This document shows positions 1-8,156 of a stretch of DNA of 38,802 nucleotides, piece by piece (the first letter of the stretch is position 1; every line of letters begins with the position of its first letter). Below the pieces are notes generated by a model. The model searched no databases, was not told the origin of the DNA, and saw only the letters and a list, made by a program, of their open reading frames with translations. Source of the DNA: Tolypothrix carrinoi HA7290-LM1 (GTDB lineage: Bacteria; Cyanobacteriota; Cyanobacteriia; Cyanobacteriales; Nostocaceae). Made by a program: the position numbers and the translations under genes. Where the stretch lies: assembly GCA_019358935.1 (NCBI GenBank), contig JAHHIK010000082.1, positions 1-38,802 of the forward strand, in the 5' to 3' direction.

Positions 1-102
1 GCTACAGGCTGTTCATTGACACCGCCACCCTTGGCAGGAACAGAGAGCTATTTATTGTTAACCCCCCAAGCAACTCTACTGAACGCATCATCTCAACTCA
101 AG
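1..102. repeat. Terminal direct repeat (assembly overlap), copy 1; indicates a circular replicon of 38,700 bp
   Basis: Bases 1-102 are identical to 38701-38802, and a reading frame continues cleanly across the junction. Confidence 0.95.
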
Positions 103-743
103 ATGTGGGGGAAGTCGTTGATTGGTTGAGAAAACAAGATTTGATGTCCGAACCAACATGAAAACACGCGCGTAACGTTCGTGACCGCAGGCGCGATCGT
201 TCATGCCTGAGCTTCATATAGAAAAAATATGGCTTGCTGTGTTTTTAAATCCATTTTTGCTACCCCTCTTAACAATTAAAATCGAGTGGTTGTCATAAGC
301 AAAAAATAGCTTGACATTCATATTTTAGAAGTATAAAACTTGAAAAAATAAGCAGAACTGAAGTATTTAGTATCGGGTTTTTCTTGGGCATTGGTCTTAT
401 AAAATCTTCTGGATGCTTCTTAAATGCCTTATTTTACTTTTCCAGTCTAAACAAATCTTTTTTACTCAGGGAATTTGTTTAAATAAAAATATTCAATATT
501 AGAAATAATCCAGCGCCACTGGCAGCACTACCGTAAATAATGCTTGAAAGATTGTGGAGCGATGTAGGTACACTATTTCAGCAACTTCAATTACACAATT
601 AGCTGTTGATCCACCCAAGCACGCACCGCCACCCATAATTACAGCAGAGCAACAAGCGTGATGCCGTCCATATTGTGACTGATTCAAGGATTCTGATTTT
701 TAATAGTTGCATAGTTTCCTAATATTAATTGAATATTTGTAAA

Positions 744-962
744 CCTGACTTTTTATTTTGCGTGTCGGTCAGCTAGAGTAGGCAGTGGTCAGGAGCAATT
801 ACTACGGGCATCAGGGCTGACCACACCCCGGAAACGTCCTGACCCTCGCTGCTACGTCATCTGACCGTTGCTGACTGTGCTGACTGACTGGCTGACCGGG
901 CTTGCTGACCTGCTGTTAGGGGCATTTTTTAGGAGGTGGTCAGCGCGGTCAGCAAGGGTCAG
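744..962. repeat. Cluster of CTGACC/CTGACT and GGTCAG hexamers immediately downstream of the ATPase gene (candidate cis-acting protein-binding array)
   Basis: GGTCAG at 767, 787, 938, 947, 957; CTGACC at 817, 839, 861, 892, 905; CTGACT at 745, 871, 880, 884. The last GGTCAG overlaps the ATPase stop codon. Confidence 0.85.
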
Positions 963-2923
963 AATGGCTTGTTAATTATTCTGAAAAACTCCCCGTCCTT
1001 AATTTGCGCCTCACCATCTTTTTGTAGAAAACCAACAATCAAACGCACATCTTCAGCATCACGAGTAACTTTTCGTAATGGCTTTGAGTTGGTACGAGCG
1101 TCACCAAATTTTATCCAGCCTTTTTCTTTGAGTGTTCGGAGTATTTCTAGAGCTTTATTGAAATCAAAGCCGGAACTCTCCTTATGCTCACTATCTTTAA
1201 TTGGCTCCACCTCTGGGGAATTAGATATTTTGTCAGAGTCCAATTTAAAGCTGTTCTCCAAATTCATTACTGTGTCATAATCCACTACTAGCTTTTCTTC
1301 TTTAGTCAGAGGGGTAAACCCAGGTAGGAATTTTCTGTTATCTCGATCAAAGCCTGAATAATTTTCTAACCGTGGCATCGGATACCATTGGTTAGCTCCG
1401 CCAAAGTAAATTGCTCTTTTAATTTCAGACTTCTCACACAATTGTTCAATTTGGGTCGAGTTTAATCGTTTATCGCCAGGAATCATTTGAGCTTTTAGAA
1501 TTCCTTCCGAAGCAGAAACATTACGAGCATCAATTATGAAGATGGGGATAAACATAGTGCGATCGCCGCCGTCCATCCCTAAACCCGAAACATGTGCATT
1601 CTGTGATAATCCCCAAAAGATAATTCCTCTAGAATCACCAGAAGTAGAATAACCAGATAACTTCCGTTTTAGCCAAGTTAAAGGACTGGACATTCCCTTT
1701 TCAACTTTCACAGCACCAAGAGTTTTTAATGTGAGAGTAAGTTCATCAAACACTAAAAGCTTACGACCATGACCACAATCAAAGCGATCGTATTCGTCTA
1801 AGCAGTTAGCCACCCATTCAGCAGCATCATCAGGGGAGGTTGTCATTAAATCTTTTCTGAAAAGTTTGTCAACTCGTCCAGAAAAATAAGCTGTTTCTTT
1901 TGGATCATTTTTGGGGTCGATATAGAAAACGGTGGTATTTGGGTGATATTGTTTGACTGCTTCTAGCGCATTTGTTACAAATATTCCTTTACCACTACCG
2001 GGAACGCCAACGATTAGAGTTAGCTTTAGACTTTGTGCTAACAGTGCTGGTAGGTCTGGTATTTCAGACTTAAACTCTACAACTTCTGTGTTTTTGTCGT
2101 CTACTGGCGAGGCAGGAACATTAATAGCGTTCAGCTTTGTGTTGCTGCCAATTAATTTATTCCCAGATTGAGCCGAAGGATCATAATCCAAAATATTAAA
2201 CTTGGGTAACTCGACAATATTGGGTTTGGGCAGTTCCACAAACCGAGGGGGTAGCGCCTCCTTAATCGCTGTAACTTCCTGAATTCGAGTCCTGGTGTCA
2301 ACCTCAACATTTTGTAGGTGGTCAGTTAACTGTTGTTTCCCTGGCAAAGAACGCCCCTCTAGTTTGCGATACCAGTCCAGCAGCCATCGGTAGGCATAAA
2401 ACCTCTTTCCAGGCTCAATCTGAGTCAAATACTCAACTACAGTTTCAAAAAAGTCGCCGTAGAGGAAACTGTACTCTTGGGCGTCGTGTCTGGGTAAAAA
2501 CTTAATTGTGTGAGCAAAGTGGTCAGTGCGATAATTCTGCCTTGCATCATAATCGCCAGCACGAGCGATCGCATCCAAAAAGTTTCCCCTAACAAACGGT
2601 AATGGTGCAATTTCCTTGGTACGAGCATGGTGATCAACTACAAACCACAACCAGGCTGCACCCCCAATCATTCCACCAATGAGCATAAATGGATTGACAG
2701 CGTAGCAAATAGTACCGACTCCAGCAGCGACTAACCCAAGTACCCGTGCTGCATCCGCCTCATTTTCTGCTATGAGTGCTTGGACTAATAACTGTTCTTT
2801 CCTTTCCCCCATCCACTCGGCTATTTTGCCAGCTTCCAAATAACTTAAATTGGGGTATAGATTGCGTAAGTGTTCAGTTTCACGAGTGGTAATTTTAGGG
2901 ATATTATTGTTAGTAAATTCCAT
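959..2923 (-). CDS. Membrane-anchored P-loop ATPase of the FtsK/HerA/TraB/VirD4 superfamily with a probable C-terminal winged-helix domain
   Basis: 654 aa. Two N-terminal hydrophobic helices (VLGLVAAGVGTICYAV, FMLIGGMIGGAAWLWFVV), Walker A GVPGSGKG, Walker B LLVFDE, FtsK-like motif GDSRGIIFWGLSQN, a linker, then a basic ~60-aa C-terminal domain. Confidence 0.75.
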   Translation of the reverse strand: MEFTNNNIPKITTRETEHLRNLYPNLSYLEAGKIAEWMGERKEQLLVQALIAENEADAARVLGLVAAGVGTICYAVNPFMLIGGMIGGAAWLWFVVDHHARTKEIAPLPFVRGNFLDAIARAGDYDARQNYRTDHFAHTIKFLPRHDAQEYSFLYGDFFETVVEYLTQIEPGKRFYAYRWLLDWYRKLEGRSLPGKQQLTDHLQNVEVDTRTRIQEVTAIKEALPPRFVELPKPNIVELPKFNILDYDPSAQSGNKLIGSNTKLNAINVPASPVDDKNTEVVEFKSEIPDLPALLAQSLKLTLIVGVPGSGKGIFVTNALEAVKQYHPNTTVFYIDPKNDPKETAYFSGRVDKLFRKDLMTTSPDDAAEWVANCLDEYDRFDCGHGRKLLVFDELTLTLKTLGAVKVEKGMSSPLTWLKRKLSGYSTSGDSRGIIFWGLSQNAHVSGLGMDGGDRTMFIPIFIIDARNVSASEGILKAQMIPGDKRLNSTQIEQLCEKSEIKRAIYFGGANQWYPMPRLENYSGFDRDNRKFLPGFTPLTKEEKLVVDYDTVMNLENSFKLDSDKISNSPEVEPIKDSEHKESSGFDFNKALEILRTLKEKGWIKFGDARTNSKPLRKVTRDAEDVRLIVGFLQKDGEAQIKDGEFFRIINKPF

Positions 2924-2996
2924 ATCTAAATCTGAGTCTGTTTTTTCATTTGGGGATGAGCGGCTCCCGGTTTAAAGGGTATCGCCGCTTAATTCT

Positions 2997-3686
2997 TTAA
3001 TCGTTAGTCAGTCGCCAGACAGCAAAACCAATCTCACCTGATAACATCGTGCCTATGTTATAGAGGAAGCAGCACAAAATAATGACTGGTGCAGTGTAAG
3101 CGAAGGGGTTATGAGCAGCAAAAGTTGTCACTAGGTCAAAGACCCAAATTGCTATTGTGATAAACCCGGTCGATGTGCGATCGCGCAATCCAGCAGTCTT
3201 ATAATCCTTCCAAAGTTCTGTTACTAAATCAATCTTGCCGGAAGGCTTGCTCTCCAGTTCATACCCTATGTGGTCTTGTAGTTCCCGTCTGGCTGCATCG
3301 GGGTTCTTTCCCCTCAATGCATATGCCTCAATTACTTGGATACCTACAGCAATTAAGAAAGCAGCATAAAAGAAAGGGTTGAATAGTGCCAAGGGGACAT
3401 TAGCCCAATGCCAAGACGGCTCAAACCAGGGGAAGATTGGACGTTGTTGGAAGACTGTTTGCCATATCGAGTCAGCGCTTATTGCAGCGCCAATGAGAAA
3501 TAATGCACCTCCAACAATAGCCCGACCAGTCCCGCCAGTTGTAACGAATTGGGCGACAATTGCAGCTGCTATTCTGATCGGCATTCCCACAACCAAAACT
3601 ATTATTTTCGCGCAGAAGTCAATAATCTGACCAATAGAGCGCTTTTGTTCTTGTTTTTTCTCGCCTGGTGATGTATTTGAATTCAC
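2997..3686 (-). CDS. Multi-pass membrane protein, function unknown
   Basis: 229 aa with 4-5 hydrophobic segments; AGGAG upstream; co-oriented with the ATPase gene. Confidence 0.8.
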   Translation of the reverse strand: MNSNTSPGEKKQEQKRSIGQIIDFCAKIIVLVVGMPIRIAAAIVAQFVTTGGTGRAIVGGALFLIGAAISADSIWQTVFQQRPIFPWFEPSWHWANVPLALFNPFFYAAFLIAVGIQVIEAYALRGKNPDAARRELQDHIGYELESKPSGKIDLVTELWKDYKTAGLRDRTSTGFITIAIWVFDLVTTFAAHNPFAYTAPVIILCCFLYNIGTMLSGEIGFAVWRLTND

Positions 3687-3707
3687 TATGATTTCTCCTT
3701 TTATTGG

Positions 3708-4133
3708 TTAATTTGGTCTACCATTGCAAGCATCGTGCAGTTTATGCCGCCAGTACCACTGGTTGTCTTCAATGCGTCCTATACAAACCCCTGCCGAGTC
3801 ATAGACATATACAACTTGGTCAGTCCCCCAGCCTGTGGTATCTGGTCTAGGGTCTTGTTTTGGGTTATCCAAATAGCGTCTGATTCGCAGTTTTTGAGTG
3901 TTTGGAGCAATGCCAGTTTTGTACAATTGCTCTGAAGTTTTGGCACGCTCCACAATGCGCGAGCGCTCAAATTGTTCTTGTGTTCGCAAGTTTTCCGCTT
4001 GTAGTTCCATCTCTGCTTTCGCCTTCTGTGCCTTTGCGTAAGTAGCAATTTGGGGTATTAGAGGCAGAATTACTGGCATAGCACAAATAGCGCATCCGGT
4101 TAGCGCTAGATAAATTTGTTTCCGAAACACCAT
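3708..4133 (-). CDS. N-terminally anchored or secreted coiled-coil protein
   Basis: 141 aa; hydrophobic N-terminus (IYLALTGCAICAMPVILPLI), heptad-like AKAQKAKAEMELQAENLR segment, small beta-rich C-terminal domain. Confidence 0.75.
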   Translation of the reverse strand: MVFRKQIYLALTGCAICAMPVILPLIPQIATYAKAQKAKAEMELQAENLRTQEQFERSRIVERAKTSEQLYKTGIAPNTQKLRIRRYLDNPKQDPRPDTTGWGTDQVVYVYDSAGVCIGRIEDNQWYWRHKLHDACNGRPN

Positions 4134-4194
4134 CTGTCCTCAAAGAAGAGTGAAAATCTTTTTGTTTGAGGGTGGGCAGTACCCACCCAGAGAA

Positions 4195-4467
4195 TTACTC
4201 AGGAATTGGCTGAGTTTTGATTTGACTAACTAACGCTTCCAGGAAACTAAGAGCATCCCGCCACGCAACATTTGTATAAACCAATTCAACAAATTGCTCT
4301 AGTTCTGAATCATCTACCTGTTTGTAGTAAGGGTCACTGCCTTCTAAGTTCCGGCAAGTTTCACCCATCTTAGTAGCGATTTGAATTAGTAAATAAAACT
4401 TTTGGGTTTTGGTCAAACGCTCCAATTGACTGCCGTAAGTTTCCGTCATCCAATCGAAAAATGACAT
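4195..4467 (-). CDS. Small helical hypothetical protein (paralog of 4506-4790)
   Basis: 90 aa; AGGAG RBS; aligns by eye with the neighbouring ORF. Confidence 0.75.
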   Translation of the reverse strand: MSFFDWMTETYGSQLERLTKTQKFYLLIQIATKMGETCRNLEGSDPYYKQVDDSELEQFVELVYTNVAWRDALSFLEALVSQIKTQPIPE

Positions 4468-4505
4468 TGTTTTCTCCTTATATTTCTGTTAAGAGTAGTG
4501 AAACT

Positions 4506-4790
4506 TTAGCTATATCTGAGATTAGTTAGGAGGCACTCTATAACGCCCAGAGCATCACTAAAAGACAATTCTTTAACTACTCTGTCGGCTGCCAACTCAG
4601 CATCATCAGAGATATTCTCATCTTGAAATTCGGTAGCTTGCCATAGTTCAGAGGCAATTTGTCCTATCATCCATAACTTCTCGTTAGGTTTAAGATCCTC
4701 GCATCCATTGCCCCAAACTGTTTCCATTTTTTCTAGTAATCCACCGTCTCCAAAGGTGTAATTTGTAAACTTACCAATCGGTTGAGCCAT
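4506..4790 (-). CDS. Small helical hypothetical protein (paralog of 4195-4467)
   Basis: 94 aa; AAGGA RBS; shares ETxxGxxxExL..K..xxxQIA and DALxxxExL patterns with its neighbour. Confidence 0.75.
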   Translation of the reverse strand: MAQPIGKFTNYTFGDGGLLEKMETVWGNGCEDLKPNEKLWMIGQIASELWQATEFQDENISDDAELAADRVVKELSFSDALGVIECLLTNLRYS

Positions 4791-4869
4791 GATAAAATCC
4801 TTAATGTTGTGTTTCTTCGTAATTAGCGGCGGAGATACACCACTGTGATATGAGGCGATCGCTCTCTCC

Positions 4870-5139
4870 TCAAAACAAGCTTTGCTGTATTGCTTCTGTG
4901 GTCATGGTCGCGTGATGCTGGCGATATAGCCGTGGAACCTCGTAGACCATTAGCAACACTTTACTTGTATTGAGTTGGATGTCCGCTGTCTTCCGTTGCC
5001 GTGGCAGTGGGCGAAATAGATACTGCCTGTGCTGAATGCTGTCAGTGTGGTGCATATATTGATAGAGAGTGCCGTCAATGCTGTAAGTTTGGCTCTGACT
5101 AAGTAGCATTACGCAATTGACGAGTTGCAAATCATTCAC
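4870..5139 (-). CDS. Hypothetical protein
   Basis: 89 aa; GTG start preceded by GAG/GGAGG; lies in the leftward operon. Confidence 0.6.
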   Translation of the reverse strand: MNDLQLVNCVMLLSQSQTYSIDGTLYQYMHHTDSIQHRQYLFRPLPRQRKTADIQLNTSKVLLMVYEVPRLYRQHHATMTTEAIQQSLF

Positions 5140-5393
5140 CTCTAAAAGCCTCCAAATTGCCTAGATTGAGCGGAGCGCACTTCTTGCCAAACCTTGCGCT
5201 GTACTTGGGTTGCACGACAGACGCAAGCGTGAAAGAGCGAGCGCTGCACTCTTAGCGCTGCGCCAAAAACAAACTGTACTTGTTTTCGCTTGTCCCTTCC
5301 TTAGTGCCATTCACCGCGCTTGCCTTGGATAATATAGCGACCGCTTTCGGTTAAATCTACGACGTTAAACACGGGTATTCTCCTGATACTTAG

Positions 5394-5663
5394 TCATACT
5401 CCTGTCAGTTCACCGTCAAAATTGGTTTCTTCGATTTCATTAACCTTTGGGGTTAATTCTCCAGGTAAAACTTTTGGTTGAACGGAAGAACATAAACAAC
5501 TAGTTGCTGGTATTACCCAAGTTGTCTGTAAATGTGTTCCGTATCTGGAAACCAGTACATTGAAAAGTTCTGTCAAACTGCCAAGTTTTGTAGCTTTTAA
5601 GAGTTCTTGTCCCCTCTCTAGTGCTTCATCCCTCACAACAATTCGTGCTTGTGCCATAGTCAC
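5394..5663 (-). CDS. Small DNA-binding protein, ParR-like/ribbon-helix-helix adaptor
   Basis: 89 aa; overlaps the parM stop; beta-helix-helix pattern QARIVVRDEALERGQELLKATKLGSLTELFNVLVSRY. Confidence 0.6.
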   Translation of the reverse strand: MTMAQARIVVRDEALERGQELLKATKLGSLTELFNVLVSRYGTHLQTTWVIPATSCLCSSVQPKVLPGELTPKVNEIEETNFDGELTGV

Positions 5664-6667
5664 AGAATCATTCCCTCTATTGAAATTGTTTGAAAGTTTT
5701 CAACGATGCGGAATCGCTTTTTGGTGTCAGTTTCTAACTGTTTCGCTAACGGAGCAGAACCACCGATGATTAGCACTTCGCCAATTTCTTTGAAGTAGTC
5801 TGCCCACCTAACACGTACTTCTGCTCGGATCTCATCAAGCCAAGTGTCTCTACATTTCTCAAATACATTAGAGAAATCAACACCAGACTCTGTTATGTAA
5901 GTTCCGTGAGCGATCGCGTCCATGATTTGGGTTAAATCCAAACTTTCATTCTGGGTGCGTTGCATTGCTGCATTGATTAAGTTGGCTAGTTCGTAAGTAC
6001 CGCGCTTAATCACATCCTGTTTACGCAAAGGTTGCCCAGATGGGGAATACAATCTACCAACTGCTGTGCCGCCCCCCAAATCCAGGATTCCGTTAATCTT
6101 GGAAGTTGGACGCTGGAACTTTCTATGTGTGATTGCATATTTGTAAGCAGGCAGAGTTTCGTCCATCAGTTCCACTTTGCGGATACTGGCAGTCAACCGT
6201 TGTCCGTTGCGGATAAAGTTGAAAGTCCCCTCTAGTCCTTTGAGAATGCTGGCATTATTTGTATTTCTGGAGTCTGGGAGAGCTACCCGCAGCGTTTCAA
6301 CTACGAGCATTGATTTATCTACATCTGGCTCCAGAGCGGCAAACATTAGCTTTTTAGCCAGCTTGATTTTGTCGTAAGCGAATGCTGGTTTACCCTTTTG
6401 GATTTTGGCTTCCACCCCCAACACATAACGCGAAGATACTTGAAAATCTTCGGAAAGCAACTCAATCACGGGAGATTCGGTGTCACCTTCTGGCACGTCC
6501 TCCCAATCTTCAAATTCCTTTAGCACGCTGGGGATAGTAATAGGTTCAGAGTCTGGGTTTATCCATTGGGTAGTTCTGTTGCCTGCGTTTAGAGCTAAAA
6601 CTTTGCGTTTGACAAGTTCTGACTTAACGCAGTTTGTTATGACTGGTTGCGTCAAGGTTGTAGTCAT
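5660..6667 (-). CDS. parM: ParM/StbA-family actin-like ATPase
   Basis: Phosphate-1 LALNAGNRTT, connect-1 MDETLPA, phosphate-2 ILDLGGGT, adenosine motif LIIGGSA; AGGAG RBS before the ATG at 6667. Confidence 0.85.
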   Translation of the reverse strand: MTTTLTQPVITNCVKSELVKRKVLALNAGNRTTQWINPDSEPITIPSVLKEFEDWEDVPEGDTESPVIELLSEDFQVSSRYVLGVEAKIQKGKPAFAYDKIKLAKKLMFAALEPDVDKSMLVVETLRVALPDSRNTNNASILKGLEGTFNFIRNGQRLTASIRKVELMDETLPAYKYAITHRKFQRPTSKINGILDLGGGTAVGRLYSPSGQPLRKQDVIKRGTYELANLINAAMQRTQNESLDLTQIMDAIAHGTYITESGVDFSNVFEKCRDTWLDEIRAEVRVRWADYFKEIGEVLIIGGSAPLAKQLETDTKKRFRIVENFQTISIEGMIL

Positions 6668-6785
6668 ACTTACTCCTATTCTCAAATTATCTTGGTTGGT
6701 GTATTTACAAGGGTTTTAGGCATTTTATAAGGCTTGACAATGCAACTATGGTCTATCTAAAACTTTGACCCAAAGCGTTTTCTAA

Positions 6786-6841
6786 TGCCGTTACTTGCCT
6801 CTACCCGGCTATGGCTGCTAGCATACCTCTAGGTAACGGCA
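6786..6841. promoter_or_regulatory. Inverted repeat in the divergent promoter region (candidate operator)
   Basis: TGCCGTTAC (6786-6794) and GTAACGGCA (6833-6841) lie between parM and the divergent RHH regulator. Confidence 0.4.
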
Positions 6842-6920
6842 AATGTCAACACCCTAGAATAATTTCCTTGAAAAAGGTATAACTGGCGTTAAATAACGTT
6901 AGTTGGAGGCTTTTTTGGGG

Positions 6921-7268
6921 GTGGTAACGAAAAAACCCAAGGTGAGCATTTACCTGCCACCTGAAATTAAAGAAGAGCTAGATAACTGGGCAGAGGAGGA
7001 AAACCGCAGTGTAAGCAATCTGGTGGAGACAATAATTAGAGAAACGATTACCAAGAAACGCAAAAAGCCCAAAACACAATCTCAGGAAACAGAGACAGAT
7101 GAAATTGACGCAGCAGCGCTTTTACAGCTTTTAGCTTCTGGCAAACGTCCAACCGATGGTGAAGTCCTAGTGGTGGCAAACGAGTCAGGAATTGATGAAG
7201 AGGAGCTAAAGAAACTACGCGATCGCTTATTTCCCCAAAGGAAAAAGACAGGTAATGGAGCTACTTAA
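6921..7268 (+). CDS. Arc/CopG-like ribbon-helix-helix transcriptional regulator
   Basis: KPKVSIYLPPEIKEELDNWAEEENRSVSNLVETII is a typical RHH; GGAGG at 6905 favours the GTG start at 6921 (ORF track starts at 6903). Confidence 0.85.
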   Translation: MVTKKPKVSIYLPPEIKEELDNWAEEENRSVSNLVETIIRETITKKRKKPKTQSQETETDEIDAAALLQLLASGKRPTDGEVLVVANESGIDEEELKKLRDRLFPQRKKTGNGAT

Positions 7269-7647
7269 AGTTTTTAATATGGACAGTTACGACTGTTGAA
7301 ATTAGCGTTTATCTGACAAAATACAAGGGTTTTTATCTTAGTTGCGTCTAAAACTGTATTATAGTTATTGTCATCTTATATGACGATACTAGTAATATTA
7401 CAATTCGTTAAAATCCACTCTTTAGAAATCATAAGGTAATGCTTATTACTAACAGCGCTCATACCCCAGGGATGAGCGCCAGAGCCATTTTTTGCCTTAA
7501 TGTTCAGAAAATTTTAATGCAAGTTAGGCTTATTAAAAATGAGCAAAAAGACATGACAAAAAATTGACAATTGATTATGATGCTAAAGAGAGGTAAACTT
7601 TGATATGGCTTAAAGAGGTTGTTTAGACAGAACTAATCTCATAAGCC

Positions 7648-7905
7648 TTGCTCCACTCCATTGGGGTGAAGCCAAAATCAAAGAAAGGATCTCAAATTAC
7701 ACCAACTGTAACTGAGATACTTTGCACCCCTGCCGCCCAGTCAGGCATATCCCAGACTGAACTGCTGGAAAACATTGTCGGACTGCTGGATGAGCCGGAG
7801 GTAGAAAGTAAGCGAGTGTTGCGGAGCGCGAGTGTAAACCTCTCCTCAAATAGGTGGCTACAAACTCATGGCGATGGCGTAAACACCTTGAGGAGTTTCA
7901 ATTAA
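7648..7905 (+). pseudogene. Possible degenerate RHH-type gene
   Basis: PKSKKGSQITPTVTEIL...AAQSGISQTELLENI resembles an RHH; the start is poor and the 3' part runs into hairpins. Confidence 0.3.
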
Positions 7906-8022
7906 ATAAGTTGACTGGAATTGGGGGGACGACAATCCTGACAATTCTCTAGGTCTTACGAAGTTTGGCGACGGAGTAAACCTTGAGAATTTGTTGAAAG
8001 ATTGTTGATGTCCTTGTCGTCC
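7842..8022 (+). promoter_or_regulatory. Two related stem-loops in the leader of the replication gene
   Basis: Hairpin 1 at 7842-7895 (CTCCTCA/TGAGGAG, AGGTG/CACCT). Hairpin 2 at 7943-7991 (AATTCTC/GAGAATT, AGGT/ACCT), closed by GGACGACAA/TTGTCGTCC. Both loops carry TGGCGA. Confidence 0.55.
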
Positions 8023-8156
8023 TGTTTCTATATTAAGGTACGCAAGCGCAAAATCTCAAGTGGGTACACTTGTAGTACTTGCACAAGTAATGCACGATTA
8101 AAACAGGTACGACAACGCTATTCCCCCTTATTCCACAAGAGTTTGAGAAAAAACTA

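Noticed and set aside
470..712. ORF 499-687 and hydrophobic fragments in neighbouring frames
   Set aside because: Could be a decayed small membrane-protein gene, but it needs two frameshifts and has no recognisable motif.
936..1280. Plus-strand ORF and the many other antisense ORFs inside long genes (e.g. 3379-3630, 14657-14959, 17808-18113, 23711-24896, 33270-33548, 38363-38644)
   Set aside because: Shadows of well-supported genes on the opposite strand, with no motifs of their own.
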